64,000 bases of DNA from Acidobacteriaceae bacterium (GTDB taxonomy: Bacteria; Acidobacteriota; Terriglobia; Terriglobales; Acidobacteriaceae): positions 3,130 through 67,129 of the forward strand of contig DATJSY010000009.1 in the NCBI GenBank assembly GCA_035503835.1, given 5' to 3'. The translations under genes and the position numbers were made by a program. Shown in pieces: positions 9,857 through 18,003 of this stretch. The notes under the pieces are model-generated. The model saw only the letters and a program-made list of their open reading frames with translations, made no database searches and was not told the origin of the DNA. The number at the start of each line of letters is the position of its first letter. Within the stretch, counting starts at the first letter, position 1.

Positions 9857-10291
9857 TCAGGGGCTGAGGATGTGATCGTGGAGGTCGGGAGCGATACGGC
9901 GAAAATCAGAAAGATTGAGAGTGTAAATGCGATTGCACTTTGCCTTTCGAGCAGCGTGGATGTGGATGGCGTCGTATACGGCCCCGCCGACCCGGCCCTG
10001 CACTGAACAGGACCGCACGACTTCCGCGTAATCGCCTTTGCCAGGCGCCTGAATTTGAAACTGTCGCAGGATGTTTTCCTGAATCAGATGCGACGCTTCG
10101 GCCGCCGATACGCGGTGCGGCATCGGCAAGCGAGTGAGAACCGAATAAATCTCCGCAGGACCGTGCGAGGCGATCAGGGGCGTCCACCGCTGCGCGCGCA
10201 GGTGACGAAACAACTCGACCGCGTTGGCATAGTGGGGATGGCTCGACAATGTCCTGGCGACGACAACGCTGGTGTCGGTGTAGACGTTCAC
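9857..10291 (-). CDS. vapC: PIN-domain toxin VapC
   Basis: The GTG start at 10289-10291 overlaps the vapB stop as GTGA. The product VNVYTDTSVVVAR...AVYDAIHIHAARKAKCNRIYTLNLSDF has the PIN layout. It forms the last 144 codons of the 568-aa track ORF. Confidence 0.75.
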   Translation of the reverse strand: MNVYTDTSVVVARTLSSHPHYANAVELFRHLRAQRWTPLIASHGPAEIYSVLTRLPMPHRVSAAEASHLIQENILRQFQIQAPGKGDYAEVVRSCSVQGRVGGAVYDAIHIHAARKAKCNRIYTLNLSDFRRIAPDLHDHILSP

Positions 10292-10551
10292 AGTCCGGCA
10301 ATCTTTTGCATCCGCTCTTCGCGGTTGGTCTCCACGAGGCGGCCCCAGTCCAGGTTTCCGATGGGCTCGCCCGAAATAACCAGCCAGCCATCGTCGTCCA
10401 GCGAGAGGCCGGGACGGCGGTCCGCGGGCTTCAGAAAGATCCCTTCCGTGGTTTCCACCAGATCCAGCTTGCTTTCGCCGCGGAGGCCCAGGCGATGACG
10501 AACCGGCTTCGGCACGAGGACACGGCCCGCTTTGTCGATCGATACCTGCAT
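10288..10551 (-). CDS. vapB: AbrB/MazE/SpoVT-type antitoxin VapB
   Basis: MQVSIDKAGRVLVPKPVRHRLGL is a canonical SpoVT-AbrB N-terminus. I prefer the ATG at 10549-10551. The upstream ATG at 10584 and TTG at 10593 are alternatives. Confidence 0.7.
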   Translation of the reverse strand: MQVSIDKAGRVLVPKPVRHRLGLRGESKLDLVETTEGIFLKPADRRPGLSLDDDGWLVISGEPIGNLDWGRLVETNREERMQKIAGL

Positions 10552-10560
10552 CAGTTCCAC

Positions 10561-10604
10561 TTTGCCACCATATGGGTATGGCATTTGCCACAAGGAAGTG
10601 CCAA
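10561..10604. promoter_or_regulatory. Repeated TTTGCCAC motifs, candidate VapB operator/promoter
   Basis: TTTGCCAC occurs at 10561-10568 and 10584-10591, spaced 23 bp apart. A near-inverted copy GTGCCAA lies at 10598-10604. All are in a locally AT-richer patch just upstream of the preferred vapB start. Confidence 0.35.
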
Positions 10605-10621
10605 TTTACAATGGGCTCTTT

Positions 10622-11458
10622 CCAGCGCGAACCCCAGACATAGCTCAGGCGGAGGATGCGGGAGTCGATGCCGGGATCGATATTCGTGCCGAGACAGGCA
10701 TTCGAGAAGTGCTGTACGCGGAATTTGAGCTCTGTGGCGTGCGTGAGGCTGCTGAACACCCGAATCCCGGCGCCGAAGGAAAAGGTGAAGTTCAGGGCCG
10801 AAGTATCGAAGAGGGGAATGTCGCGCGGGGAAGCGGCGAAACCTCCGGAGATCCCGACCAGCGGCTGCACGTGGGAGCGGGGAAGGAAGTCGCCCTGAAA
10901 GCCGAGCGGGCTGAGGCCGGGAACCCAGGTCCAGCGCCGACCATAGTGATACGTATTGTTCTCGTAGTAAGGCTGGCCGGCGACGGAGCCGGTCTCGCTC
11001 CAGGTTTGCGGCGTCGGACTGAGGACTGGCTCGTGGGGGATGATTCTGTCGTAGCCGGAGATGGGGGTACAGGGCTGGTTGGTATTGCCGTCGGGGAAGA
11101 CGCAGAGGTTGTAGTTTTCGCCGGTACGGACCGGGTCGCTCTCGGCCGTCAGGGGCCGAATTTCAGGCGTCCACGAGATCTCCCGGACGTGGTTGAGCGC
11201 GAGGCGGTCGTGAAACGCGAGGCCGATGGAGAAGAATTCGCGGTCCTGAGAGATGCCGAGAAAGAGGTGCGTGGAGTCCGGCGAGTATTCGGTGAAGATC
11301 GGCCAGCTGTGCTTGAGCGAAAAGTCGCGCAAGGGAGTTTCCGTTTGCGCGCGGAGGGGAAGAGCGAGAAGCGCAGTAACAAAGACCAGCACGCGCACTG
11401 AACGAGAACGAGGGAGCAGGAGGAGGTTTTTCCCGGACGGGAATCGGGCCTGTGGCAT
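10622..11458 (-). CDS. Outer-membrane beta-barrel protein, lipid A deacylase (PagL)/acyloxyacyl-hydrolase-like. Only the homology-supported part is given, because there is no in-frame stop before 9857.
   Basis: The ATG at 11456-11458 overlaps the ubiD stop as ATGA. The signal peptide is VRVLVFVTALLALPLRAQ. The sequence shows an alternating beta-strand pattern, and the C-terminal block FRVQHFSNACLGTNIDPGIDSRILRLSYVW resembles the PagL H-x-S-N catalytic block plus a terminal aromatic strand. Confidence 0.5.
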
Positions 11459-13029
11459 CAATCGATGCCGAGCTTCTTCCACAGGTTGTCGATGCGGGCT
11501 CTGGTGGCGGCGTCCATTTCGATGAGCCGCGGCCAGGGGCGGGAGAAGCCTTCGGCGGCCCACTTGCGGGTGGCGTCGATACCCATCTTGCTGCCGTAGT
11601 TCGGCAGGCGGGCGGCGTGGTCGAGCGAGTCGACCGGACCGAGGGTGAACTGGATGTCGCGCTCGGGATCGATGTTGTTGGCGACGCGCAGGACCACCTC
11701 GCGCAGGTCCTGCACGTCGCAGTCCTCATCGACGACGACGATGCACTTGGTAAACATAGCCTGGCCCATCGCCCAGATGCCGTTCATGACCTTGCGCGCG
11801 TGCCCGGCGTAAGACTTGCGGATCGAGACGATCATGAGGTTGTGGAAGACCGCCTCGACGGGGAGATTGATGTCGACGATCTCGGGCAGCGTGAGGCGGA
11901 AGAGCGGGAGAAAGATGCGCTCGACGGCTTTGCCCATCCAGGCGTCTTCCATGGGTGGCTTGCCGACGATGGTGGCCGACCAGATGGGGTCGCGGCGGTG
12001 GGTGATGCAGGTGATATGAAAGACAGGATAGTCCTCCTGAAGCGTGTAGAAGCCGGTGTGATCGCCGAAAGGGCCCTCGGAGCGCAGCTCATCGAGGCGA
12101 ACGCAGCCCTCGAGAATAATCTCTGCGCGGGCCGGGACTTCGAGGTCCACGGTTTCGCATTTCACCAGCTCGACGGGCTGCTGGCGGAGAAAGCCGGCGA
12201 TCAGGAACTCGTCCACTTCGGGCGGCGCGGGGACGATGGCGGAGAACGTCGTTGCGGGATCGGTGCCAATGGCGACGGCGACTTCGAGGCGGTTGTGTGC
12301 GGGGTCCAGCTGGGCGACGGCGAGATTGCTGGTGGCGCCGGCGGTTTCCGCCATGGCCTCGACCCGCGAAGAGGCATCACCCGCGGCGGCGCGCAGCCGT
12401 TCGCGCAGATGCTCGGCGGCGTTCTTCTGACGCTGCCAGTGCATGCCGGTGGTCTGGCCGTCGTAGACCTGCATGCGGTACATGCCCATGTTGCGCCTGC
12501 CAGTGCGCGGATCGCGGGTGACGACGCACGGCAGCGTGATGAAGCGGCCGGCGTCGAGGGGCCAGGTTTGCAGGACGGGGAAGTCGAGGACGCTGAAGTT
12601 CTCGCGCAGGATGACCTGCTTGCAGGGCGCGTCTTTGGCGGCGATGGTTTTGGGGAAGATTTTGCCGATGTCGGCGAGCATGGGCAGCATCTTCAGCTTT
12701 TCAAGGAAGCCTTCGGGAGACCTGACCTCGAGCAGAGCGCGCAGGCGGTCGGCGATTTCGTCCAGGGAACCATGGTCCGGATCGAGGCCGAGAGCGAGCT
12801 TCATGCGGCGCTGGCTGCCGAACTGGTTCATCAGGACGCTGGATCCGGGATAGCCTTTGACGTTTTCAAAGAGCAGCGCCGGACCACCGGGAGCCGAGGT
12901 ACGCGTCTTTGCGGCGCGGTCGGTGATCTCGGCCATTTCGAGGATCGGATCCACTTCCGCGCGAATCCGCCGCAGTTCGCCGGCTTTGTCGAGGGTTTTG
13001 ATCCAGTCTCTGAGATCGTCGCAGGCCAG
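11458..13029 (-). CDS. ubiD: UbiD-family (prenylated-FMN-dependent) decarboxylase, probably for quinone biosynthesis
   Basis: GGPALLFENVKGYPGSSVLMNQFGS...MGMYRMQVYDG...FGDHTGFY is the full UbiD layout. I extended the 5' end to the CTG at 13027-13029 because the conserved N-terminus DDLRDWIKTLDKAGELRRIRAEV lies upstream of the GTG used by the track (12954). Confidence 0.85.
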   Translation of the reverse strand: MACDDLRDWIKTLDKAGELRRIRAEVDPILEMAEITDRAAKTRTSAPGGPALLFENVKGYPGSSVLMNQFGSQRRMKLALGLDPDHGSLDEIADRLRALLEVRSPEGFLEKLKMLPMLADIGKIFPKTIAAKDAPCKQVILRENFSVLDFPVLQTWPLDAGRFITLPCVVTRDPRTGRRNMGMYRMQVYDGQTTGMHWQRQKNAAEHLRERLRAAAGDASSRVEAMAETAGATSNLAVAQLDPAHNRLEVAVAIGTDPATTFSAIVPAPPEVDEFLIAGFLRQQPVELVKCETVDLEVPARAEIILEGCVRLDELRSEGPFGDHTGFYTLQEDYPVFHITCITHRRDPIWSATIVGKPPMEDAWMGKAVERIFLPLFRLTLPEIVDINLPVEAVFHNLMIVSIRKSYAGHARKVMNGIWAMGQAMFTKCIVVVDEDCDVQDLREVVLRVANNIDPERDIQFTLGPVDSLDHAARLPNYGSKMGIDATRKWAAEGFSRPWPRLIEMDAATRARIDNLWKKLGID

Positions 13030-13070
13030 GTGGGTCTCTCCGTGGGAAATCTTCGATTTCCACTATAGAC

Positions 13071-13102
13071 CGTCGCGGCTCGGCAGCGAATGAGCCGCGA
13101 CG
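13071..13102 (-). terminator. GC-rich hairpin downstream of the lipoprotein gene (no U-tract)
   Basis: CGTCGCGGCTC / GAGCCGCGACG forms an 11-bp perfect stem with a 10-nt loop. It lies between the stop at 13132 and the ubiD start. Confidence 0.35.
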
Positions 13103-13131
13103 ATCCATGGATACCCGGGCCAGGCCTGTCC

Positions 13132-15918
13132 CTATTTCAATCCGTAGACATCGATCTCGCCCTGGGGATTGGTTGCCGTGGTCAGGTCGTGTCCGGTGGA
13201 GATGTAGACCTTGCCATCGGCCACGACCGGCGACGTGAACTTGATGCCGTAGCCGGGGACATCGGCGGAGTTCGTATTGCTGTTGTACAGCTGGTTGGGG
13301 AAGTTCTGGGCGTCGTAGGCGTAGAGAGTCGCAGCGGTCGGCGTGCCCTCCTGGAGAGGCATGCCCTCGTTGATCATCCAGACGATGCCGTCCTGGGTGC
13401 CATTGGAGGAGATGAAGGGCGTGGTCCCGCGGGTATCCAGTCCCTGACTCGGTGTGGCGTAGGCGCCTGGAGTGAGCGTGTTGTTGCTGCTGCTGAAGGC
13501 GAACTGCCGCACGGGCGCAATCGCGCTGGAGTCCGTCGGGGTGATGCCGAGATAGACGTATCCGTTGAAATATGCCGACGTGCCGAAAATCTCGTAGGAA
13601 CTGACCTGCGCAGTGGGCTCGGGGGTCATATAGGTGCAGGGTTGGGAGGTATAGGGTGGGGACAGGTCCGCCTCGAACCACGTGGTGTCGAGCGCGCCGG
13701 CATCGTTGGCCTGCTCATGGCCCAGGTTCCCGGAATTCAGCAGAAAGAGTTTGCCGATTTTTCCGCCGGCTACCAGATCGGCGGTGCCCGGGATCATCAG
13801 CAGCCCGCCGGAGGCGAAGTCGGCATCGTCGCAGTCCATATATTCGTAAGCGGCGGGCGTGAAGTAGTCTTCCAGCTGGAGCGACGGGCTGAATTTCAGA
13901 ACCGAGTCGCCCCAGGCGGTGTTGCCGTCCCACGGGCCATTGCCGGTGACGACGTAGACGTTGCCGCTGCTGTCGGCGACGGGGCCGCCGCTGCCCATCC
14001 AGACGCCGCCGGCGCTGGCATACGGGCCCACTCCGGCAAGGTTCGGGCTCATATTGAAGACCGCTTCCTGAGTAAGGTTCAGAGCGCTGTAGTCCAGCAA
14101 CCAGCCGGTGGGGCAGCCTCCGAAGCCAATGTAGATATTGCTGTTGACGAGCAGCAAAGCGGCGCGCTGCACGCAGCTGGTGGTGAGGGTGACGGTGGAA
14201 CCGTTGCCGCCGGGATTGGTGCCCGGCACCGACGCGGTGATGGTGGCCGGTCCCTCGAATTTCTCCGAGCCGTTTGTAATATCCAGAGCGTGCAGGCGGA
14301 ATGTGGTCGCGCCGGAGGTCGTCTTTTGCGCCGACACCACATAGAGGGTGCCGGTGCTGCGATCGATCACGGGAGTGGAGGTGATTCCCTGATACGGCTG
14401 GATGGCGCCATTGGTCAACGGCGTCTCGCCGGTATTGAGCAGGCTTTCCCCCCACAGCTGCTGGCCAGTGTCGGCGTCGAAGGCGTAAACCCAGTCGGCT
14501 TCCGTTGCGACGTAGAGAACGTTGTGTACGCCGCCATTGATCTGGACGTTCGACAGAATGAGAGGCTCGGCGTACGCGTAACCGTTGACGGGGATAGAGA
14601 AGAGCTTGCCGAAGCTCGACGAGTTGACGTTGCCGGGGGTCAGTATGGTTTCGCCGGAATTCAGCCCGCTGCGGTTGTTATCCACGTGCCAGGTGGGAAT
14701 ATCCACTTCGCCGCTGCCCGGCGCGTTGACGACGGTAATGTTGGTTGCATAAGTTGCATCATCCACGTCTGCCTGGATGTAGGTGGTTCCGGGATCGACC
14801 GCCGTGGCCAATCCTGAAGCATTGATGGTTGCCACCTGCGAGCTGCCGGCTGACCAGGTGGCGAGATCGGTCACGTTTCCGGTGGTCCCGTCGGTGTAAG
14901 TGGCCGTCGCCGTGAACTGCTGCGTCGATCCCATCGCGACGCTGGGGTTGGTGGGGGTGACCGCCAGCGACGCAACCGTTTTCACGCTCAGGTTTGCCGT
15001 TCCGCTGACGCCATCGAGCGAGGCCGTCACCACGCACGTTCCCTGGCTGGCACCCTGCGCCATGCCTGAGGAGTACACGACGGCCACGGCGCTGTTGGAA
15101 CCGGACCAGCTCGCGCTCGATGTCACGTTCTGCGTCGAGCCGTTGCTGTAGGTTGCGGTGGCGGTGAATTGCTGCTCCGATCCCACCGGAAGAACCGCCG
15201 GGCTGGGCGTGACCGCAATCGAAGTCATTGTAACACCGCTGCCTGCTGTGACCGTCGCGCTGGCCGTTCCGCTGACGCCGCTGAGGGAAGCGGTAATGGT
15301 GGAAGAGCCGGCCGCGACGCCGGTGGCCAGGCCGCCGGAGCTGATGGTAGCGGCGGCGGTGATGGACGATGTCCAGGTGACCTGGGAGGTGATATTCGCG
15401 GTGGTGCCGTCGCTGTAGGTGCCTGTTGCGGTGAACTGCTGCGTGGCGCCAACGGTGAAGGTCGCCGCAGCGGGAGAGACGGCGATCGAGGACAACGTCG
15501 ACGATGATGTGCCGGAGGTTACCGTAATGGACGCTGTGCCGTTAAATCCATCCAGTGAGGCGGTGACGGTGGTGGAACCCGCGGCGGCAGCGGTGACCAT
15601 CCCGGAGGAACTCACGCCAGCGACGGTGGAACTGGCCACAGCCCACTTGGCCGTCGAAGTCACATTGGAGGTCGAGCCATCCGTGTAGGTCGCTGTCGCG
15701 GTGAACTGCTGCGTGGCGCCGGCGGCAAGGTTCGCCGTCGCGGGGGTGACGGCAATCGTCTTGAGGTTCTTTTGCGGCGGCGGGGCAGATTTCCCCGCTC
15801 CGCAGCCGGCCAGCGTTGTTGCAAGCAAGGCAGCCAGCAACGCGATGCCGAGGGTGAGCGAAGACGGATGATGGCGATGCGTCGAACCCAGGGGGGACTG
15901 AGGTGCGGAGATGCTCAT
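13132..15918 (-). CDS. Lipoprotein with four tandem Big_2 (bacterial Ig-like) domains and a C-terminal PQQ-like beta-propeller
   Basis: The lipobox is LLATTLAGC. There are four copies of (I/L)AV(T/S)P....QQFTAT.TY(T/S)(D/N)G(S/T)T.N(V/I)T, followed by WHVDNNRSGLN...VLYVATEADWVYAFDADTGQQLW...TLYVVS...HALDITNG, a propeller-type repeat pattern. Confidence 0.75.
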   Translation of the reverse strand: MSISAPQSPLGSTHRHHPSSLTLGIALLAALLATTLAGCGAGKSAPPPQKNLKTIAVTPATANLAAGATQQFTATATYTDGSTSNVTSTAKWAVASSTVAGVSSSGMVTAAAAGSTTVTASLDGFNGTASITVTSGTSSSTLSSIAVSPAAATFTVGATQQFTATGTYSDGTTANITSQVTWTSSITAAATISSGGLATGVAAGSSTITASLSGVSGTASATVTAGSGVTMTSIAVTPSPAVLPVGSEQQFTATATYSNGSTQNVTSSASWSGSNSAVAVVYSSGMAQGASQGTCVVTASLDGVSGTANLSVKTVASLAVTPTNPSVAMGSTQQFTATATYTDGTTGNVTDLATWSAGSSQVATINASGLATAVDPGTTYIQADVDDATYATNITVVNAPGSGEVDIPTWHVDNNRSGLNSGETILTPGNVNSSSFGKLFSIPVNGYAYAEPLILSNVQINGGVHNVLYVATEADWVYAFDADTGQQLWGESLLNTGETPLTNGAIQPYQGITSTPVIDRSTGTLYVVSAQKTTSGATTFRLHALDITNGSEKFEGPATITASVPGTNPGGNGSTVTLTTSCVQRAALLLVNSNIYIGFGGCPTGWLLDYSALNLTQEAVFNMSPNLAGVGPYASAGGVWMGSGGPVADSSGNVYVVTGNGPWDGNTAWGDSVLKFSPSLQLEDYFTPAAYEYMDCDDADFASGGLLMIPGTADLVAGGKIGKLFLLNSGNLGHEQANDAGALDTTWFEADLSPPYTSQPCTYMTPEPTAQVSSYEIFGTSAYFNGYVYLGITPTDSSAIAPVRQFAFSSSNNTLTPGAYATPSQGLDTRGTTPFISSNGTQDGIVWMINEGMPLQEGTPTAATLYAYDAQNFPNQLYNSNTNSADVPGYGIKFTSPVVADGKVYISTGHDLTTATNPQGEIDVYGLK
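14728..15756 (-). repeat. In-gene tandem array of four Big_2 domain repeats, about 84-90 codons each
   Basis: Repeat boundaries were counted from the translation (residues 55, 145, 234 and 318 to 397). The QQFTAT core recurs four times. Confidence 0.8.
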
Positions 15919-16201
15919 AGAGAAGTTGGATCAGAGTGGCTTATGTTCTTTCCTTGGGAGGAAGCGCGGGCGCGATGTTCTGTGGCGCCTGGCCAGGAAT
16001 ATCCGTTCATTCGCTGCACGCAGAAACCTCAACCCATTACAGTCGCCGTTCAGCAAAAATTCACGACGCATGCCGCAGTTCGCATCTGCCCTCAGCGCCT
16101 GTCTGTGCTTTAGTGGCGAGTTCGACGATGCAGGTTGTCTGGACGGTGGGCGCCGAGCGGGAAAGTTTGCGTCTGGTTGGGCGCCGAGGGCCCGGAATCG
16201 G

Positions 16202-16978
16202 CTATCGCTTCTGGAGTTTCTGCTCGTTCATCAACTCGGCGAACTCCGGCGTGGCGCGCAGAGACGCGAGGGTGCGGTCATCAAGGAGTTTCTTCTGGTC
16301 GCTGAAGCCTTCATCGAGGGCGCGGCGGAGAAAATTGATGGCCTGGCGGAAATTGCCGGCCTGAGCAAAGAGCCGAGCCAGGCAGAAATCCTGCTGGGCG
16401 CGATCGCGGGCGGGCAGGGCGGAGCTGATCAGCTGCGGAGAGTCCAGAGAGAAGATGGAGGGATCGAGATCGAAGGCGGCGCGGATCGCTTCCACGCCCT
16501 GCGGGACCTTGTCCTGCGCAAAGTAGGCCACCGCCAGGTTGCTGTAAACAGGCGCGGAGGTCGGATCGAGGCGGAGGGATTTGCGGTAGAACTTGATTGC
16601 TTTGCCGTAGTTCTTTTTGGCGTAGTAGACGGCGCCCATATTGTTGAGCGCCTGGGGAAAGTCGGGACGCATGCGCAGGGCGCGCTCGTAATCGTGGCGG
16701 GCGACGTCGTAGGCGAACAGGTGATGGTAGGCGATGCCGATTTTGTTCCAGACGGCGGCCGTCTTCCGGGGGACCTGCTGATAGTCCTCAATGGCCTGGA
16801 TGTACTGCTGGCGGGCGAGAGCCAGATCGCCGAGGGCTTCGGGCGGCAGGCTGATGTGCGCAGGGGGAGTGGGAGGAGGGGACATCTGCGGAGCAGCGCC
16901 GTGGGCGGTGATTACCGCCGGGGCGGCCATGACCGCGACCAGGCCGATCCGCGCTGCTTCCATGAGGCAGCGAATCAT
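16202..16978 (-). CDS. TPR-repeat protein, secreted or periplasmic
   Basis: I used the internal ATG at 16976-16978, which gives the signal-like N-terminus MIRCLMEAARIGLVAVMAAPAVITAHG. TPR units include AVWNKIGIAYHHLFAYDVARHDYERALRMRPDFPQALNNMGAVYYAKKNYGKAIKFYRKSLRLDP. Confidence 0.75.
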   Translation of the reverse strand: MIRCLMEAARIGLVAVMAAPAVITAHGAAPQMSPPPTPPAHISLPPEALGDLALARQQYIQAIEDYQQVPRKTAAVWNKIGIAYHHLFAYDVARHDYERALRMRPDFPQALNNMGAVYYAKKNYGKAIKFYRKSLRLDPTSAPVYSNLAVAYFAQDKVPQGVEAIRAAFDLDPSIFSLDSPQLISSALPARDRAQQDFCLARLFAQAGNFRQAINFLRRALDEGFSDQKKLLDDRTLASLRATPEFAELMNEQKLQKR

Positions 16979-17061
16979 AAGCGCCTCCGCGCCGGAGGAC
17001 CGCAATGCCCCCATCATGACGCCAAAATGCGAAAAAGGGAAGTCTGTTTTTGGGAAAATGG

Positions 17062-17081
17062 GCAAAATCAGGCGATTTTGC
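17062..17081. promoter_or_regulatory. Perfect 8-bp inverted repeat (GCAAAATC-AGGC-GATTTTGC), candidate operator
   Basis: It lies in an A/T-rich stretch about 85 bp upstream of the TPR gene start, inside a 539-bp intergenic region. Confidence 0.3.
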
Positions 17082-17503
17082 TGACCCGGGACGGATGCCG
17101 CGACGGTAACAGAATCTGGTTGGCTGCGGGCCGGATGGGCGCCTTGTGTCAACCTCCGCACCCATCTGCGCCTTCTTTTGCAGGTTTCGGTCCCGGTATG
17201 CGAGGAAGTCCCGTGCGAGGCCAGGCAGTTTGCTTTCAGCGGCGACCACTGCTGCGTAAGCGGCAGCGCAGTTGTGCCTCCGGAATGCCGGCTCTGCTTC
17301 AACCGGCGTCTGTATGATTTCGCAGGTGTCCATATCAGCGTGCTCCCGGCTTAAGTCGTCGAACCAGGATGCCCGCGACCGGACGCACGGTCATACCACT
17401 TCTGTGCCATCCCCCCTGTGGCATCACGACAGTTAACCGGGCGCTCCCGGAAACCAAAAGGGGGATCGCCAGCCCCCGGGCCTGAGCCTTTGCGCACGAC
17501 TTC

Positions 17504-17509
17504 TATAAT
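17504..17509 (+). promoter_or_regulatory. Consensus -10 box TATAAT 8 nt upstream of the GNAT start codon (possible leaderless or very short-leader mRNA)
   Basis: The sequence is TATAATGAGAGCCTATG. There is no convincing -35 and no SD between the box and the ATG. Confidence 0.3.
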
Positions 17510-17517
17510 GAGAGCCT

Positions 17518-18003
17518 ATGGCCACGATACGCCCCGCTTCTGCCGCCGATGTGCCGCAGATTCTTGCGTTTGTGCGCGAGCTGGCGGAATATGAGCGCGA
17601 GCCCGACGCGGTGAAGGTGAGCGAAGCCGAGCTGCTGCGGGATGGCTTTCCGCGCGCAGGAGAAAGCGCTTATTTCGAGTGCCTGATGGCCGAGGAGGAT
17701 GGCGAGCCGGCCGGGTTCGCGCTGTTCTTTCCTGTGTATTCGACGTGGCGGGGGCGGGCGATGCATCTGGAGGATTTGTTTGTGCGGCCGCGCTTTCGCG
17801 GGCGGGGCATCGGCAAGGGGCTGCTGACGCAGGTGGCGGCTATGGCCGTGGAGCGCGGGTGCCGGCTGCTCTTCTGGCATGTGCTGGACTGGAACGAGCC
17901 GGCGATCCGGTTCTACCGCTCGCTGGGCGCGGGCGCCATGGAGAGCTGGCAGCGGATGCGGCTGGGCGATGAGGCGCTGGCGGCGCTGGCCCGCCAGGCA
18001 TGA
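17518..18003 (+). CDS. GNAT-family N-acetyltransferase
   Basis: IRPASAADVPQILAFVRELAEYE...LEDLFVRPRFRGRGIGKGLL...WNEPAIRFYRSLGA contains the acetyl-CoA motif R-x-x-G-x-G. Confidence 0.85.
   Translation: MATIRPASAADVPQILAFVRELAEYEREPDAVKVSEAELLRDGFPRAGESAYFECLMAEEDGEPAGFALFFPVYSTWRGRAMHLEDLFVRPRFRGRGIGKGLLTQVAAMAVERGCRLLFWHVLDWNEPAIRFYRSLGAGAMESWQRMRLGDEALAALARQA

Noticed and set aside
9857-11563. The 568-aa track ORF taken as a single protein.
   Set aside because: It concatenates an upstream non-coding or ubiD-overlapping stretch, the PagL-like OMP, an out-of-frame passage through vapB, and vapC. I treated these as separate genes, and the open frame is reported as a finding.
14728-15756. 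Regularly spaced repeats that could be mistaken for a CRISPR-like or other non-coding array.
   Set aside because: The repeats are about 260 nt long, lie in frame and encode Big_2 Ig-like domains within one long ORF. There is no short repeat/spacer architecture.
16788-17333. A possible small protein starting MDTCEIIQTPVEAEPAFRRHNCAAAYAAVVAAES in the long intergenic region.
   Set aside because: The frame has no stop until it is deep inside the TPR gene. Codon character degrades after about 60 codons, and I recognised no motif. It is most likely non-coding.
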